A model generated the notes under the pieces. It was given only the letters and a program-made list of their open reading frames with translations, did not search any database and had not been told where the DNA came from. This document shows, one piece after another, positions 30,334 to 39,676 of a stretch of DNA of 64,000 nt. Both the position numbers and the translations under genes were made by a program. Origin of the DNA: an uncultured Flavobacteriales bacterium (lineage in GTDB: Bacteria > Bacteroidota > Bacteroidia > Flavobacteriales_D > Sanyastnellaceae). Every line of letters begins with the position of its first letter. The first letter of the stretch is position 1. The stretch spans positions 408,970 through 472,969 of the forward strand of contig CALTBR010000002.1 in the NCBI GenBank assembly GCA_943842425.1, in the 5' to 3' direction.

Positions 30334-33300
30334 TGTTGCATAGTAATAAAATTATGAAACGTATTCTTTCCATATTCGCTGTTGTACTAATAGCACAACC
30401 ATTATTTGCATATAAATATGTAGGGAATGGTGGCCCAGGAGCTACAGACAACTCTAACAATAACGGTTCTGTTGTTCAACCACAATTACGTTCAGCTGCT
30501 TGTGCTCCAGCTACCGCGCTCAGAAATATTGAGTGGAACAACGTAAGAGCGCTTATTGAAACCGGTGGATCACTTTGGCAAGATCGAGCAACGTCTTCAG
30601 CTTCTTATGAAGTGCCTAAAGGTGGAGGTGTGAGTTCTTTATACGCTGGAGCTCTTTGGATGGGTGGGATTTCACCAGATCAACAATTAAAATTAGCTGC
30701 CCTTACATTTCGGAACAGAGGTAATGATTACTGGACAGGGCCTTTAACGATAGATGGATCTGCAGAAATTGATGCTTCTACGTGCCAACAATACGATGAT
30801 TTCTTCGTTTCAACTAGATCTGACGCTCAACTTCATAGATCGTACTTTGATGCACTAAAAACTGGAACATCTGATGAAGAATTCCCTGATGGATACTCCA
30901 TTCCTTCCTATTTCTTCGATTATCCAGCTCACGGTAACACAGCGCTTAATCAAGATTTCTATCTTGCTCCTTTCAAGGATTATGATGGGAATGGATTCTA
31001 TGATCCTTCACAAGGTGATTATCCTTGGTATGATTTTGTATCTGAGATAGATTGTGGGAGACGTTTAAGGGAAGATATCGTACCTCTTTATGGAGACCGA
31101 AATTTCTATTGGATATTTAACGATAAAGGAAATGTTCACTCTGAGTCGCAAGGTGAACCTATCGGTATGGAAATTCGCTCTCAAACATTCCAGTTTTCAA
31201 CGAATGACGAGGTGAACAATATGACATTCCATAATTATGTTCTTATTAACCAAGGCACACAGACTTTAGGGGATACATACTTTGGAGTTTGGGTTGATGC
31301 AGATGTGGGAACTGCTACTGACGATTACGTGGGTTGTGATGTACAAAGAGGTCTTGGATACGCTTATAATGGTGACGCTTACGATGAGACTTCATCTAGT
31401 TCTGCTGGTTATCTGGAAAATCCTCCTGCTGTTGGTATCGATTTCTTCGAAGGTCCATATCAGGATGCCGATGAAATTGACAACCCACTAACTACGAACT
31501 TCTCTGACGCTGTTGATTCATTAGGGATTCCTTATGAAGGAATTGGTATAGGATATGGAGATGGAGTGATCGATAATGAAAGATTTGGAATGCGCCGCTT
31601 TGTTTACTACAATAACAGCGGGAGTAATTTAAATGGAGAGCCTTCAACACCTCTTCATTACTACAACTATATGAATGGTATTTGGCTAAATGGCCAAACA
31701 ATGTCACCGGGGGGTGATGGGACAACTCAATCTGACATCCAAGCTCAATATATGTTCCCTGGAGACACGGACCCATATAACTGGGGTACTCAAGGTGTTG
31801 ATATCGACTATTGGTCCGAAGTAGGTGAAGGAAATCCTCCGGCTGACCGTAGGTTTATTCAATCTGCAGGACCGTTTACCCTTGAGCCAGGTGATTACAA
31901 CAATATTACAATGGGTGTTGTTTGGGCTAGAGGAACCAATGGAGATCCAGAACAAAGTGTAAGCTTGATGAGACAGGCTGATGATAAAGCACAAGCCTTA
32001 TTTGACAACTGTTTCGAAATCGTGAGCGGCCCTGACGCGCCTGATGTTGCAATCCAAGAATTGGAGAATGAGTTGATTCTTTACCTTTCTAATGAAAACT
32101 CCCTTTCAAACAACTTCCACGAAGAATATGTACAATTCGATCCAGGTATTCCAAAATTGAATATTGATGGAGAAGAGTACGATAGTCTTACACGATCATA
32201 CACATTCCAAGGATACCAAATCTATCAACTTGCAGACAACACTGTTTCTGCAGCAGATCTTGCCAATGTGGAAATGGCTCGATTAATCTACCAATGTGAT
32301 GTTGCCGATGACATCGATGTAATCTTCAACTACGAAGAGGATGAAATTATCCCTGTTCCTGTTCCAAATTTAATGGTTAACGGAGAAAACGAAGGGATTT
32401 CTCACAGTTTTAGAGTGACTACAGATGTTTTTGCACAAGGTGACAATAAGCTGGTAAACTACCGTACTTACTACTTTATGGCCCTTGCATACGGATATAA
32501 TATGTACGCGCCATACGACTCGGGAGCCGGTACCGGCCAAGACTTACCCTACAAAGCTTCACGTAAAGGAGCGATAGGTTCTATCCGTGTTTACTCAGGC
32601 ACCCCTCACCTCCCTTCACCTGAATCAGGTGGTACGATCCAAAACTCTTCTTACGGAGACGGTGTGATCGTGACTCGTTTAGAGGGTAAGGGAAATGGTG
32701 ATAACATTATCGAGCTTTCTTCAGACAGTGAGACGGCTATATTAGAGAGTCCTAACGGTAGAGTATCTCAGCTGACTTACACAGGCGATGGCTCTCCGGT
32801 AAACATACGAGTTGTAGATCCACTCCGTGTTCCTGATGCCAATTTCGAGTTACAAGTTAATTCTAGTGATTCAGATCTTGAGGATGCTGATGAGTCGTAC
32901 TGGATTTTAACGAACCGTACGCTTTTAGATGCTACGGGAGATTCTACAAAAGCGATCCGCAACTCTACTAAAGCTTTAAACATCCTCAACGAGGAACTGT
33001 TACTTGATTGGGGTTTGAGTATTACTCTTCACCAGTATCAGTATCCCAATGGAGGTTCTTTCTCGGATCCATTAGAGTCTTCTATTACTTTTGACAACCC
33101 ATCTGCTCCTTGGCTGCAAGGTGTTCCTGATAAAGAAGGATTTGACCTTCTAAACTGGATACGTGCTGGAACTCAGGAGGGTGATGATGAATTAGAGGAA
33201 GAGATTGTATTTAACGACATCAAAGCTGGTAATCCGCTTGATGAGGATGAGAAATATGAGGGTGTACTTGGAGGCACATGGGCTCCTTATTGTCTTGTGA

Positions 33301-34529
33301 GTTTCACCGATGATGTTACCCTTGTAACAGGAGAGACTATTCAGATTCCGAATATAGCCCCTACAGTTAAAGGACTTGAGGGTGATCTAAGTCCTTTCTC
33401 AGGCATTAATGGATTGAATAATGTGGATGTCGTGTTGACGAGTGATAAGCTCCTTTGGACGCGTTGTCCTGTACTTGAGATGCAGCCCGTAGAGGCATTG
33501 GCCCAAAAGGCTTACGATGGAGATGATCCCGAAAAGATGCGCTTACGACGCCACCCATCGGTGGATAAGAAAGGCCGCAAACCGAGTGATGTAGGATATA
33601 ATGCTTCGGAGGCTAACCCTAACGGTGCTCAGCCTGTAGGAATGAGTTGGTTCCCGGGATATGCGATCGATGTGGGTACTGGAGAGCGTCTAAACATGGC
33701 CTTCGGAGAGGATTCATGGTTGGGAGCAGATAACGGAAACGATATGATCTTCAACCCTTCTAGCCGTATTTACAGCGGATCGGGAAACCAAGGTGGATTT
33801 ATCCAAAGTGGAGTCTACGCAGGTGGGCAACACTGGATTTACGTCTTTAAAAACTCTCAGTTCGAGGAAGGTTCATCCAACCGTATGCCTACATACGATA
33901 AAGGAAACTATATGTATGAAAATTTAGAGGCAGCACCTTCTACTACTACAGTGAGAAGAGTCTTTAGAGCCTGTACATGGGTTGGGTCTTCTCTTTCTAA
34001 TGACGATTTCCCTATGCTTTCAGTAGAAGATGGTCTCATCCCGAATGATGTGCGCATCAAGCTTCGTGTCTCAAAGTCTTACGAAAAGTACTCTCCACTT
34101 GTGGCTGATGTAGATGAGACTGATCAAGCGGAGAACAACTGGAACCCTCTTTACACCTTCTCAACGAAGTCTGTGGCGACGACTACTACAGACGACAGTA
34201 CGTTAACGAGCATACTGGATTTGATTGGCATTGTTCCGAACCCTTACTACGCTTACAGTAAGTACGAAACTAGCAAGCTCGATAACAGGGTGAAGATTAC
34301 GAATTTACCTGAAGAATGTACGATTCGTATTTACAACCTCAGCGGAACACTCGTGAGACAGTATAACAAAGCAGACCCTCTCACATTCCAGGACTGGGAT
34401 CTGAAAAACAATAAGAACGTGCCTATCGCAGGTGGTGTTTATATAATTCACATAGACGTACCAGATATAGGCCAAAAAGTCCTAAAATGGTTTGGAGTAA
34501 TGCGTCCTGTTGACCTTGATAATTTCTGA
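30333..34529 (+). CDS. Very large secreted protein of unknown function with a T9SS type-A C-terminal sorting domain
   Basis: 1398 aa. Has a signal peptide (MKRILSIFAVVLIAQPLFA) and an alternative start at 30354. The last ~95 aa are IVPNPYY...CTIRIYNLSGTLVRQY...WDLKNNKNVPIAGGVYIIHI...KWFGVMR. The start overlaps the upstream stop (TAATG). Confidence 0.8.
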   Translation: MLHSNKIMKRILSIFAVVLIAQPLFAYKYVGNGGPGATDNSNNNGSVVQPQLRSAACAPATALRNIEWNNVRALIETGGSLWQDRATSSASYEVPKGGGVSSLYAGALWMGGISPDQQLKLAALTFRNRGNDYWTGPLTIDGSAEIDASTCQQYDDFFVSTRSDAQLHRSYFDALKTGTSDEEFPDGYSIPSYFFDYPAHGNTALNQDFYLAPFKDYDGNGFYDPSQGDYPWYDFVSEIDCGRRLREDIVPLYGDRNFYWIFNDKGNVHSESQGEPIGMEIRSQTFQFSTNDEVNNMTFHNYVLINQGTQTLGDTYFGVWVDADVGTATDDYVGCDVQRGLGYAYNGDAYDETSSSSAGYLENPPAVGIDFFEGPYQDADEIDNPLTTNFSDAVDSLGIPYEGIGIGYGDGVIDNERFGMRRFVYYNNSGSNLNGEPSTPLHYYNYMNGIWLNGQTMSPGGDGTTQSDIQAQYMFPGDTDPYNWGTQGVDIDYWSEVGEGNPPADRRFIQSAGPFTLEPGDYNNITMGVVWARGTNGDPEQSVSLMRQADDKAQALFDNCFEIVSGPDAPDVAIQELENELILYLSNENSLSNNFHEEYVQFDPGIPKLNIDGEEYDSLTRSYTFQGYQIYQLADNTVSAADLANVEMARLIYQCDVADDIDVIFNYEEDEIIPVPVPNLMVNGENEGISHSFRVTTDVFAQGDNKLVNYRTYYFMALAYGYNMYAPYDSGAGTGQDLPYKASRKGAIGSIRVYSGTPHLPSPESGGTIQNSSYGDGVIVTRLEGKGNGDNIIELSSDSETAILESPNGRVSQLTYTGDGSPVNIRVVDPLRVPDANFELQVNSSDSDLEDADESYWILTNRTLLDATGDSTKAIRNSTKALNILNEELLLDWGLSITLHQYQYPNGGSFSDPLESSITFDNPSAPWLQGVPDKEGFDLLNWIRAGTQEGDDELEEEIVFNDIKAGNPLDEDEKYEGVLGGTWAPYCLVSFTDDVTLVTGETIQIPNIAPTVKGLEGDLSPFSGINGLNNVDVVLTSDKLLWTRCPVLEMQPVEALAQKAYDGDDPEKMRLRRHPSVDKKGRKPSDVGYNASEANPNGAQPVGMSWFPGYAIDVGTGERLNMAFGEDSWLGADNGNDMIFNPSSRIYSGSGNQGGFIQSGVYAGGQHWIYVFKNSQFEEGSSNRMPTYDKGNYMYENLEAAPSTTTVRRVFRACTWVGSSLSNDDFPMLSVEDGLIPNDVRIKLRVSKSYEKYSPLVADVDETDQAENNWNPLYTFSTKSVATTTTDDSTLTSILDLIGIVPNPYYAYSKYETSKLDNRVKITNLPEECTIRIYNLSGTLVRQYNKADPLTFQDWDLKNNKNVPIAGGVYIIHIDVPDIGQKVLKWFGVMRPVDLDNF

Positions 34530-34530
34530 T

Positions 34531-35568
34531 ATGAAAAAGCAATTAAGTATCATTTTAATAGCCACCCTCGGACTAGGTTCTGTTTGGGCTGGAAACCCTG
34601 ATCGTGCTGGTTCTGCCGGTGCAAGTCAGCTTCTTATTAACCCTTGGGCTGCATCAAACGGTCTTGTAGGAGCTAATATGGCTAGTGTACGAGGGTTAGA
34701 GTCGGTATTTACGAATGTAGCTGGGCTTGCTTTTATCGATAAGAGTGAACTAATAACTTCTAACTCTATCTATTTAAGTGGATCTGGAATTCGCTTAAAC
34801 TCAGTAGGTTTTGCTACAAAAATGGGGTCCTCTGGCGTCCTTGGATTGACTGTAACATCTGTGTCCTTCGGTGACATTCCTATTACAACTGAAGATTTAC
34901 CTGAAGGTGGAATCGGAACATTCTCTCCTAGCTTTTCTAACATAGGAGTCAGTTACTCTAAAGAGTTTTCTAATTCTATTTATGCTGGGTTTACTTTGAG
35001 AGTTATTGGGGAGGCTATTTCTAATGCTAAGGCTGGTGGAATCGCATTCGATGCAGGGATTCGCTATGTAACTGGTGAAAACGACAAGATGAGATTTGGC
35101 ATCTCTCTTAGAAATGTTGGGCCACCAATGAGATATGCGGGGGATGGTCTAACTGTAACCGCTACACCACAAGGGTCAGCTAATGCTCTTACTGTATTAC
35201 AGAGATCTGAGAGATATGAATTACCATCACTGGTTAACATTGGTATTGCTTATGATGTCGTGAAAGAAGAAAATATGGTCGTTGAGCTTAATGGTATGTT
35301 TACCTCTAACTCGTTTACAAAAGATCAGTTTGGATTTGGAGCAGAGACTAGAATTGGAAAGAATTTAGAGATTAGAGCTGGATATCTTTGGGAACAAGGG
35401 GTAGGTTCTGATGAAACAATTACTACAGCTTACACTGGCCCAGCAGGTGGACTTACAATTAAGTTACCTACCGGATCAAGCGGAACGGTATTAGGACTAG
35501 ATTATTCGTACAGGACGACGAATCCTTTCAATGGAACACATTCTATTGGAGTGAAAATTTCAATCTAA
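34531..35568 (+). CDS. PorV/PorQ-like (FadL-type) outer-membrane beta-barrel protein
   Basis: 345 aa with a signal peptide. The N-terminal segment GNPDRAGSAGASQLLINPWAASNGLVGANMA resembles the FL.I.PDAR..G.G-type motif of PorV/PorQ relatives. It shows an alternating beta-strand pattern and starts 1 nt after the upstream stop. The family call is tentative. Confidence 0.5.
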   Translation: MKKQLSIILIATLGLGSVWAGNPDRAGSAGASQLLINPWAASNGLVGANMASVRGLESVFTNVAGLAFIDKSELITSNSIYLSGSGIRLNSVGFATKMGSSGVLGLTVTSVSFGDIPITTEDLPEGGIGTFSPSFSNIGVSYSKEFSNSIYAGFTLRVIGEAISNAKAGGIAFDAGIRYVTGENDKMRFGISLRNVGPPMRYAGDGLTVTATPQGSANALTVLQRSERYELPSLVNIGIAYDVVKEENMVVELNGMFTSNSFTKDQFGFGAETRIGKNLEIRAGYLWEQGVGSDETITTAYTGPAGGLTIKLPTGSSGTVLGLDYSYRTTNPFNGTHSIGVKISI

Positions 35569-35598
35569 GAAAGAGTCCTCTTAAAACTTATATATATT

Positions 35599-35630
35599 GA
35601 GAGGGTCAGCAGTGGCCCTCTCATTTGTTT
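35599..35630 (+). terminator. Rho-independent terminator after the three-gene OM operon
   Basis: GAGAGGG-tcagcagtgg-CCCTCTC forms a 7-bp GC-rich stem and is followed by ATTTGTTTT. Confidence 0.6.
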
Positions 35631-35644
35631 TAGAACAACAGAAG

Positions 35645-36118
35645 ATGGGAGATATATCATACTATACAGAAGAGGGTTATAATTCACTAAAAGAAGAAGT
35701 ACACCAACTCAAATCAGTCGAAAGACCTAAAATCAGCGCACAAATAGGTGAAGCTATAGACAAGGGAGACTTAAGTGAGAATGCTGAATATGATGCTGCT
35801 AAAGACGCACAAGGTCTTTTAGAAGCCAAAATTGCTAAATTAGATAACCTGTTAGCAAATGCCAGGGTAATTGATGATAGTGAAATTGACAATTCGAAGG
35901 TGTTTATATTAAGTAAAGTGACGATACGAAATCAGAACAATGGCAATGAAGTAACCTATACTTTAGTAGCTGAAAATGAAGCTAACCTAGCTGAAAAGAA
36001 AATATACATAGACTCACCCATAGGAAAAGGCTTGCTGGGAAAATCAGTAGGTGATATTGCTATTGTTGAGGTTCCAGCTGGAGCAATTCCATTTGAAATA
36101 CTTAAAATTTCAAGATAA
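35645..36118 (+). CDS. greA: Transcription elongation factor GreA
   Basis: 157 aa counted from MGDISYYTEEGYNSLKEEVHQLK. Has GDLSENAEYDAAKDAQG and a C-terminal SPIGKGLLGKSVGD. The track's N-terminal extension covers the terminator hairpin. Confidence 0.93.
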   Translation: MGDISYYTEEGYNSLKEEVHQLKSVERPKISAQIGEAIDKGDLSENAEYDAAKDAQGLLEAKIAKLDNLLANARVIDDSEIDNSKVFILSKVTIRNQNNGNEVTYTLVAENEANLAEKKIYIDSPIGKGLLGKSVGDIAIVEVPAGAIPFEILKISR

Positions 36119-36120
36119 GT

Positions 36121-36525
36121 TTGGCTAGTATTTTCAGTAAAATCATCCGTGGAGAAATCCCATGTTATAAAATCTCTGAAAACGAAGAATTTTTTGCTTT
36201 TTTAGATATATCTCCACTTGCAAAAGGGCATGTTCTTATCGTCCCTAAAAGAGAAGTCGATAAATATTTCGATTTAAATTCAGAAGAAATTTATGGGATT
36301 AACCTTTTTGCAAAAAGAATATCCCAGGCAATAGAAAACGCGATTCCTTGTAAACGTGTAGGTGTTGCAATTATCGGGTTAGAAGTTCCACATGCTCACA
36401 TTCATTTAATACCTCTAAATTCTGTTGAGGATATTAATTTTGAAAGACAAAAATTAAAACTCTCTCATGAAGAGTTCGAAGGAATTGCAGAAGCAATAAG
36501 AAATGAGCTTAAAAATCTAAAATAG
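36121..36525 (+). CDS. HIT-family (histidine triad) nucleotide hydrolase
   Basis: Has SIFSKIIRGEIPCYKI and the triad HAHIHLIP. It appears to use a TTG start 2 nt after the greA stop, and there is no in-frame ATG near the N-terminus. Confidence 0.88.
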   Translation: MASIFSKIIRGEIPCYKISENEEFFAFLDISPLAKGHVLIVPKREVDKYFDLNSEEIYGINLFAKRISQAIENAIPCKRVGVAIIGLEVPHAHIHLIPLNSVEDINFERQKLKLSHEEFEGIAEAIRNELKNLK

Positions 36526-37825
36526 CGGTCATGATGGTAAGCACACCATCAACTTCTCTAGTCCAAATAGGTCGAACATGTCCGTCTACAGCTGAGATAT
36601 TGTTGTAATCTCCGAAGAATACTTTGCCTTCTGGCAGAAAGGAAGATTCTGATACGAGCTGATTCACAAATAGTTCTCCCCCGTCAAATGAACTTGCGAC
36701 ATAAACGTCTGTTGTTGCATCATCGTGATTACGTCTGTCATAAAAAACAATATGGATACCACCATTTGAAGGGTCAATCGCCATCCAAGTGAAGAACTGC
36801 TGCTTTCCGGGACCATCGTCATTTACTCGAATTGGGTTACACCATGAATCGCCGTTGTTATCAGAATAGCTTAGAAACACATCTAAATCATCTTCACCAT
36901 TTCTCTCATCGGTCCAATTGATGTATATACGACCATAGTGCGGAGAATCTGGAGCCAAGTCTACACCTGTGACTGGCATACCATTTACTCGACCTATAGA
37001 TTTCACTGTTTGATCCCATCCTCCAATCATATCTGTAGCTTTTATATCTTGATCTAACCATGTTTTACCTCCATCATAACTTCTATCGAACATGATAGAC
37101 TCGTTTACAGCCCAAGCAACATATAACTCGTCATTAGGCCCTACTGATGGAACTGCTCCTTCAGTTGTTTCGTCACCATCTAAACAATCTCCTGCTTTTT
37201 CACTAATTCTAACAGGAGTAGACCAATGAATTGCTTTTCGATCTGAGAAACTGCACAGTATGATTGTTGAATCTTCAGGGGAATGGCTATCGTATTTGTC
37301 AAATTGAGTCCAGCAGGCGTGAATCGTTTTACCGTCTGATGTAGCAACCGCCCATTCCTTATCTTGGTCTTTAGGGTGTTCTAGACCAATACTTCCACCA
37401 TCACTCCATGTCTTACCATTGTTTCTAGAGTGTTGGCATACAATCCGATCTAATAACATGTCACTACTCCACCCCTTGCCTTCTGGGTCGCTTAAATGGA
37501 GATAATAAAAATCGCCATTGGGAGAAGAAATAACACAGGGATCTCCGTAAACTCCTAAGCTAGATTTTAATGTCTTTTGCTTCCATGTGTGTCCACCGTC
37601 AGTTGATCTATAAACATTATCTAAGATGCTTCCCGCAATAATAATATTTGGATTTTTTTGACTGATTGCAATGCTCGGCTCACATGGTTGAAACCCCTCT
37701 GTAGTATGCTCTAAACCTATTCTTACATTCTTTGGTACTTGCGCTTCACCATTAGAAAGAGCGAAAACTAAAAAAGTAAACAGATATAAAAATTTAAAGA
37801 ACACTCCTCTTAGACAGTATCTCAT
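36509..37825 (-). CDS. BNR-repeat beta-propeller protein (sialidase superfamily), secreted
   Basis: Signal peptide present. Has four SxDxGxTW-type motifs: STDGGHTW, SRNNGKTW, SYDGGKTW and SDNNGDSW, plus SFDGGELF. Confidence 0.75.
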   Translation of the reverse strand: MRYCLRGVFFKFLYLFTFLVFALSNGEAQVPKNVRIGLEHTTEGFQPCEPSIAISQKNPNIIIAGSILDNVYRSTDGGHTWKQKTLKSSLGVYGDPCVISSPNGDFYYLHLSDPEGKGWSSDMLLDRIVCQHSRNNGKTWSDGGSIGLEHPKDQDKEWAVATSDGKTIHACWTQFDKYDSHSPEDSTIILCSFSDRKAIHWSTPVRISEKAGDCLDGDETTEGAVPSVGPNDELYVAWAVNESIMFDRSYDGGKTWLDQDIKATDMIGGWDQTVKSIGRVNGMPVTGVDLAPDSPHYGRIYINWTDERNGEDDLDVFLSYSDNNGDSWCNPIRVNDDGPGKQQFFTWMAIDPSNGGIHIVFYDRRNHDDATTDVYVASSFDGGELFVNQLVSESSFLPEGKVFFGDYNNISAVDGHVRPIWTREVDGVLTIMTAILDF

Positions 37826-38280
37826 TGCTTGTTACTTTCAATTAAAATGTCAAAATCTGAGATAAGTAATTTGAGTTCTTCTTGGATAGCATTTTGTAAT
37901 TTAAGCAGATCTTCATCTGAAAGTTCTGCCAATTTTTCTTCAGCAGCGTGATCATGAATATGTAACTCCCCCTCTTCATGGTTGCATTCTGTTCCAGGCA
38001 ACTTCACCATTGATTTACTCCAAGTCACATATCTAGAATCTAAAGAAACAAGCTTGATGAAAGAGCTGTCAGTAGTTGGTGTGTTGACAAATTCTCTAGC
38101 AAGTCTCACATGAAATTCTTTGGCTAATCTTCCGCTTTCTTCATGAACTGAGATTGCCATAGATTTTGCATTATTCTCACCTAATGCATCGTTATTAGTT
38201 TTGCTTTCAGAAGAATTTCCGCATGATGAAAAAAAGAAAAACGTAAGAAAGACTGCTAAAACTGAAGTTGAAATTTTCAT
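37822..38280 (-). CDS. Hypothetical lipoprotein
   Basis: 152 aa with lipobox FFFSSCGN and a His-rich patch (CNHEEGELHIHDHAAEE). The stop overlaps the start of the BNR gene (ATGA). Confidence 0.6.
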   Translation of the reverse strand: MKISTSVLAVFLTFFFFSSCGNSSESKTNNDALGENNAKSMAISVHEESGRLAKEFHVRLAREFVNTPTTDSSFIKLVSLDSRYVTWSKSMVKLPGTECNHEEGELHIHDHAAEEKLAELSDEDLLKLQNAIQEELKLLISDFDILIESNKQ

Positions 38281-38303
38281 AATTATATAATACTATTGGT
38301 TTA

Positions 38304-38528
38304 CTAATTTAAATCTTTTTTAGGGACTGGATCATCTCCAGAAGTGCCCCATGGATGACAACTTCCTATTCTACGCAAGGTCAACCATAAACCCTTGAAA
38401 GAGCCCCACTCCTCAAAAGATTGTATAGCGTACATAGAACATGTAGGGTTATGTCTGCAATTAGATCCAAGCAATGGGCTAAGTATGGCTTGGTATATTC
38501 TGACGAATGCAATAAAAACAAAACGCAT
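38304..38528 (-). CDS. yidD: Membrane protein insertion efficiency factor YidD
   Basis: 74 aa. Has YQAILSPLLGSNCRHNPTCSMYAIQSFEEWG...RRIGSCHPW. Confidence 0.9.
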   Translation of the reverse strand: MRFVFIAFVRIYQAILSPLLGSNCRHNPTCSMYAIQSFEEWGSFKGLWLTLRRIGSCHPWGTSGDDPVPKKDLN

Positions 38529-38552
38529 AGTCCAAAGATAGTCAGAGGTCGA

Positions 38553-39125
38553 TTAAATAGGCCAATTCTCAATGACCATCATCAAAGCTAGACTAAATGT
38601 TGCACCTCCAACAACTAGTTGTTGGGAACGCTCATGAATTCCAAATGACCGACCAAGAGAAAAAAGAGACAATGTGACTAGTAAAATGAGCAACTGCCCT
38701 ATTTCAATTCCTAAATTAAACTTGAGAAGAGGTATGATAAAATTCGAATCTCCTGAGGTAGAGATCCTATAAAATGATGAGAAACCCAGACCATGAATAA
38801 GACCAAACAGCATTGTAAATATATAAATGGACTTCTTAGCAAATTTTGATGAAGTGACTAGGCTAACTCCGCTTATTTGTAGCGCTGCCGTTATTACTAT
38901 CGTTAAGGGAATAAGAAATTCTATATACACAATAAATGATCGTACAACATCCAAGTTTGCGAGAAGAAGTGTGATGGAGTGTCCTAAAGTGAATGCTGTA
39001 GCAAGCAAAGCCATTCGGCCTAATTTAGTGAGATCGAACGATGCTGCCAATGCAATTAAAAAAAGAATATGGTCTAGACCTGAAAGATCAGTGATGTGAG
39101 ATGCTCCTAGAATAATATCCTTCAT
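38553..39125 (-). CDS. HupE/UreJ-family membrane protein (putative Ni/Co transporter)
   Basis: 190 aa and polytopic. Has GxDH-like GLDHILF, FTLGHSITL, GLIHGLGFS and GIEIGQL. Confidence 0.75.
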   Translation of the reverse strand: MKDIILGASHITDLSGLDHILFLIALAASFDLTKLGRMALLATAFTLGHSITLLLANLDVVRSFIVYIEFLIPLTIVITAALQISGVSLVTSSKFAKKSIYIFTMLFGLIHGLGFSSFYRISTSGDSNFIIPLLKFNLGIEIGQLLILLVTLSLFSLGRSFGIHERSQQLVVGGATFSLALMMVIENWPI

Positions 39126-39142
39126 CGCTAAGATTTAATGAA

Positions 39143-39676
39143 TTATTTAATGCGATGATATGCACAAATTGTAAAAGAGAATTCATGGCGTTCATCAGCT
39201 GGGTGATCATCAATAACTTGCATTTCCCATAGTGAAGAATCAAATTCAGGGAAGAAGGCGTCTCCTTCAGGCGTGCCGTGAACGTGAGTGATATACATCG
39301 TGTCTACAACATCTAATTCGAGCGCTAGTTTATAAATCTGACCACCTCCAATGATAAAGCAATCTGTTTCTCCCGCATTTCGTGCTGTGTCTAAAGCGCT
39401 TTCTAAAGAGGGTGATCGTTTAGCGGAAGATGCGTCATATTCTGCATTGCGACTTAAAATAATATTTGTTCGTCCAGGAAGAGGCCTGTATTTATGAGGA
39501 ATACTTTCGTAATTCTTTCTCCCCATGATAACATGCCTTCCTCTCGTTGACGCTTTAAAAAAAGACATGTCGTCTGGCAATGACCAAACCAAGTCGTTGT
39601 CCTTTCCTATTACTCCATTATCCGCTACAGCAGCAATTAAGCTAATGCGCATGACAGCATTTTCATTAACGTTCAT
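39143..39676 (-). CDS. folA: Dihydrofolate reductase
   Basis: Has [55 protein letters not shown] and IIGGGQIY. The ATG at 39676 overlaps the thyA stop (ATGA). An alternative start is MRISL at 39652. Confidence 0.92.
   Translation of the reverse strand: MNVNENAVMRISLIAAVADNGVIGKDNDLVWSLPDDMSFFKASTRGRHVIMGRKNYESIPHKYRPLPGRTNIILSRNAEYDASSAKRSPSLESALDTARNAGETDCFIIGGGQIYKLALELDVVDTMYITHVHGTPEGDAFFPEFDSSLWEMQVIDDHPADERHEFSFTICAYHRIK

Noticed and set aside
30333-35568. The idea that the 1398-aa and 345-aa pair is simply porU-porV
   Set aside because: I did not adopt this as the call, for three reasons. I cannot find a C25/gingipain-like His/Cys signature. The small barrel's N-terminal motif differs from the PorV motif I recall. 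The pair is also coupled to a TBDR. It remains the main alternative and needs an HMM test.
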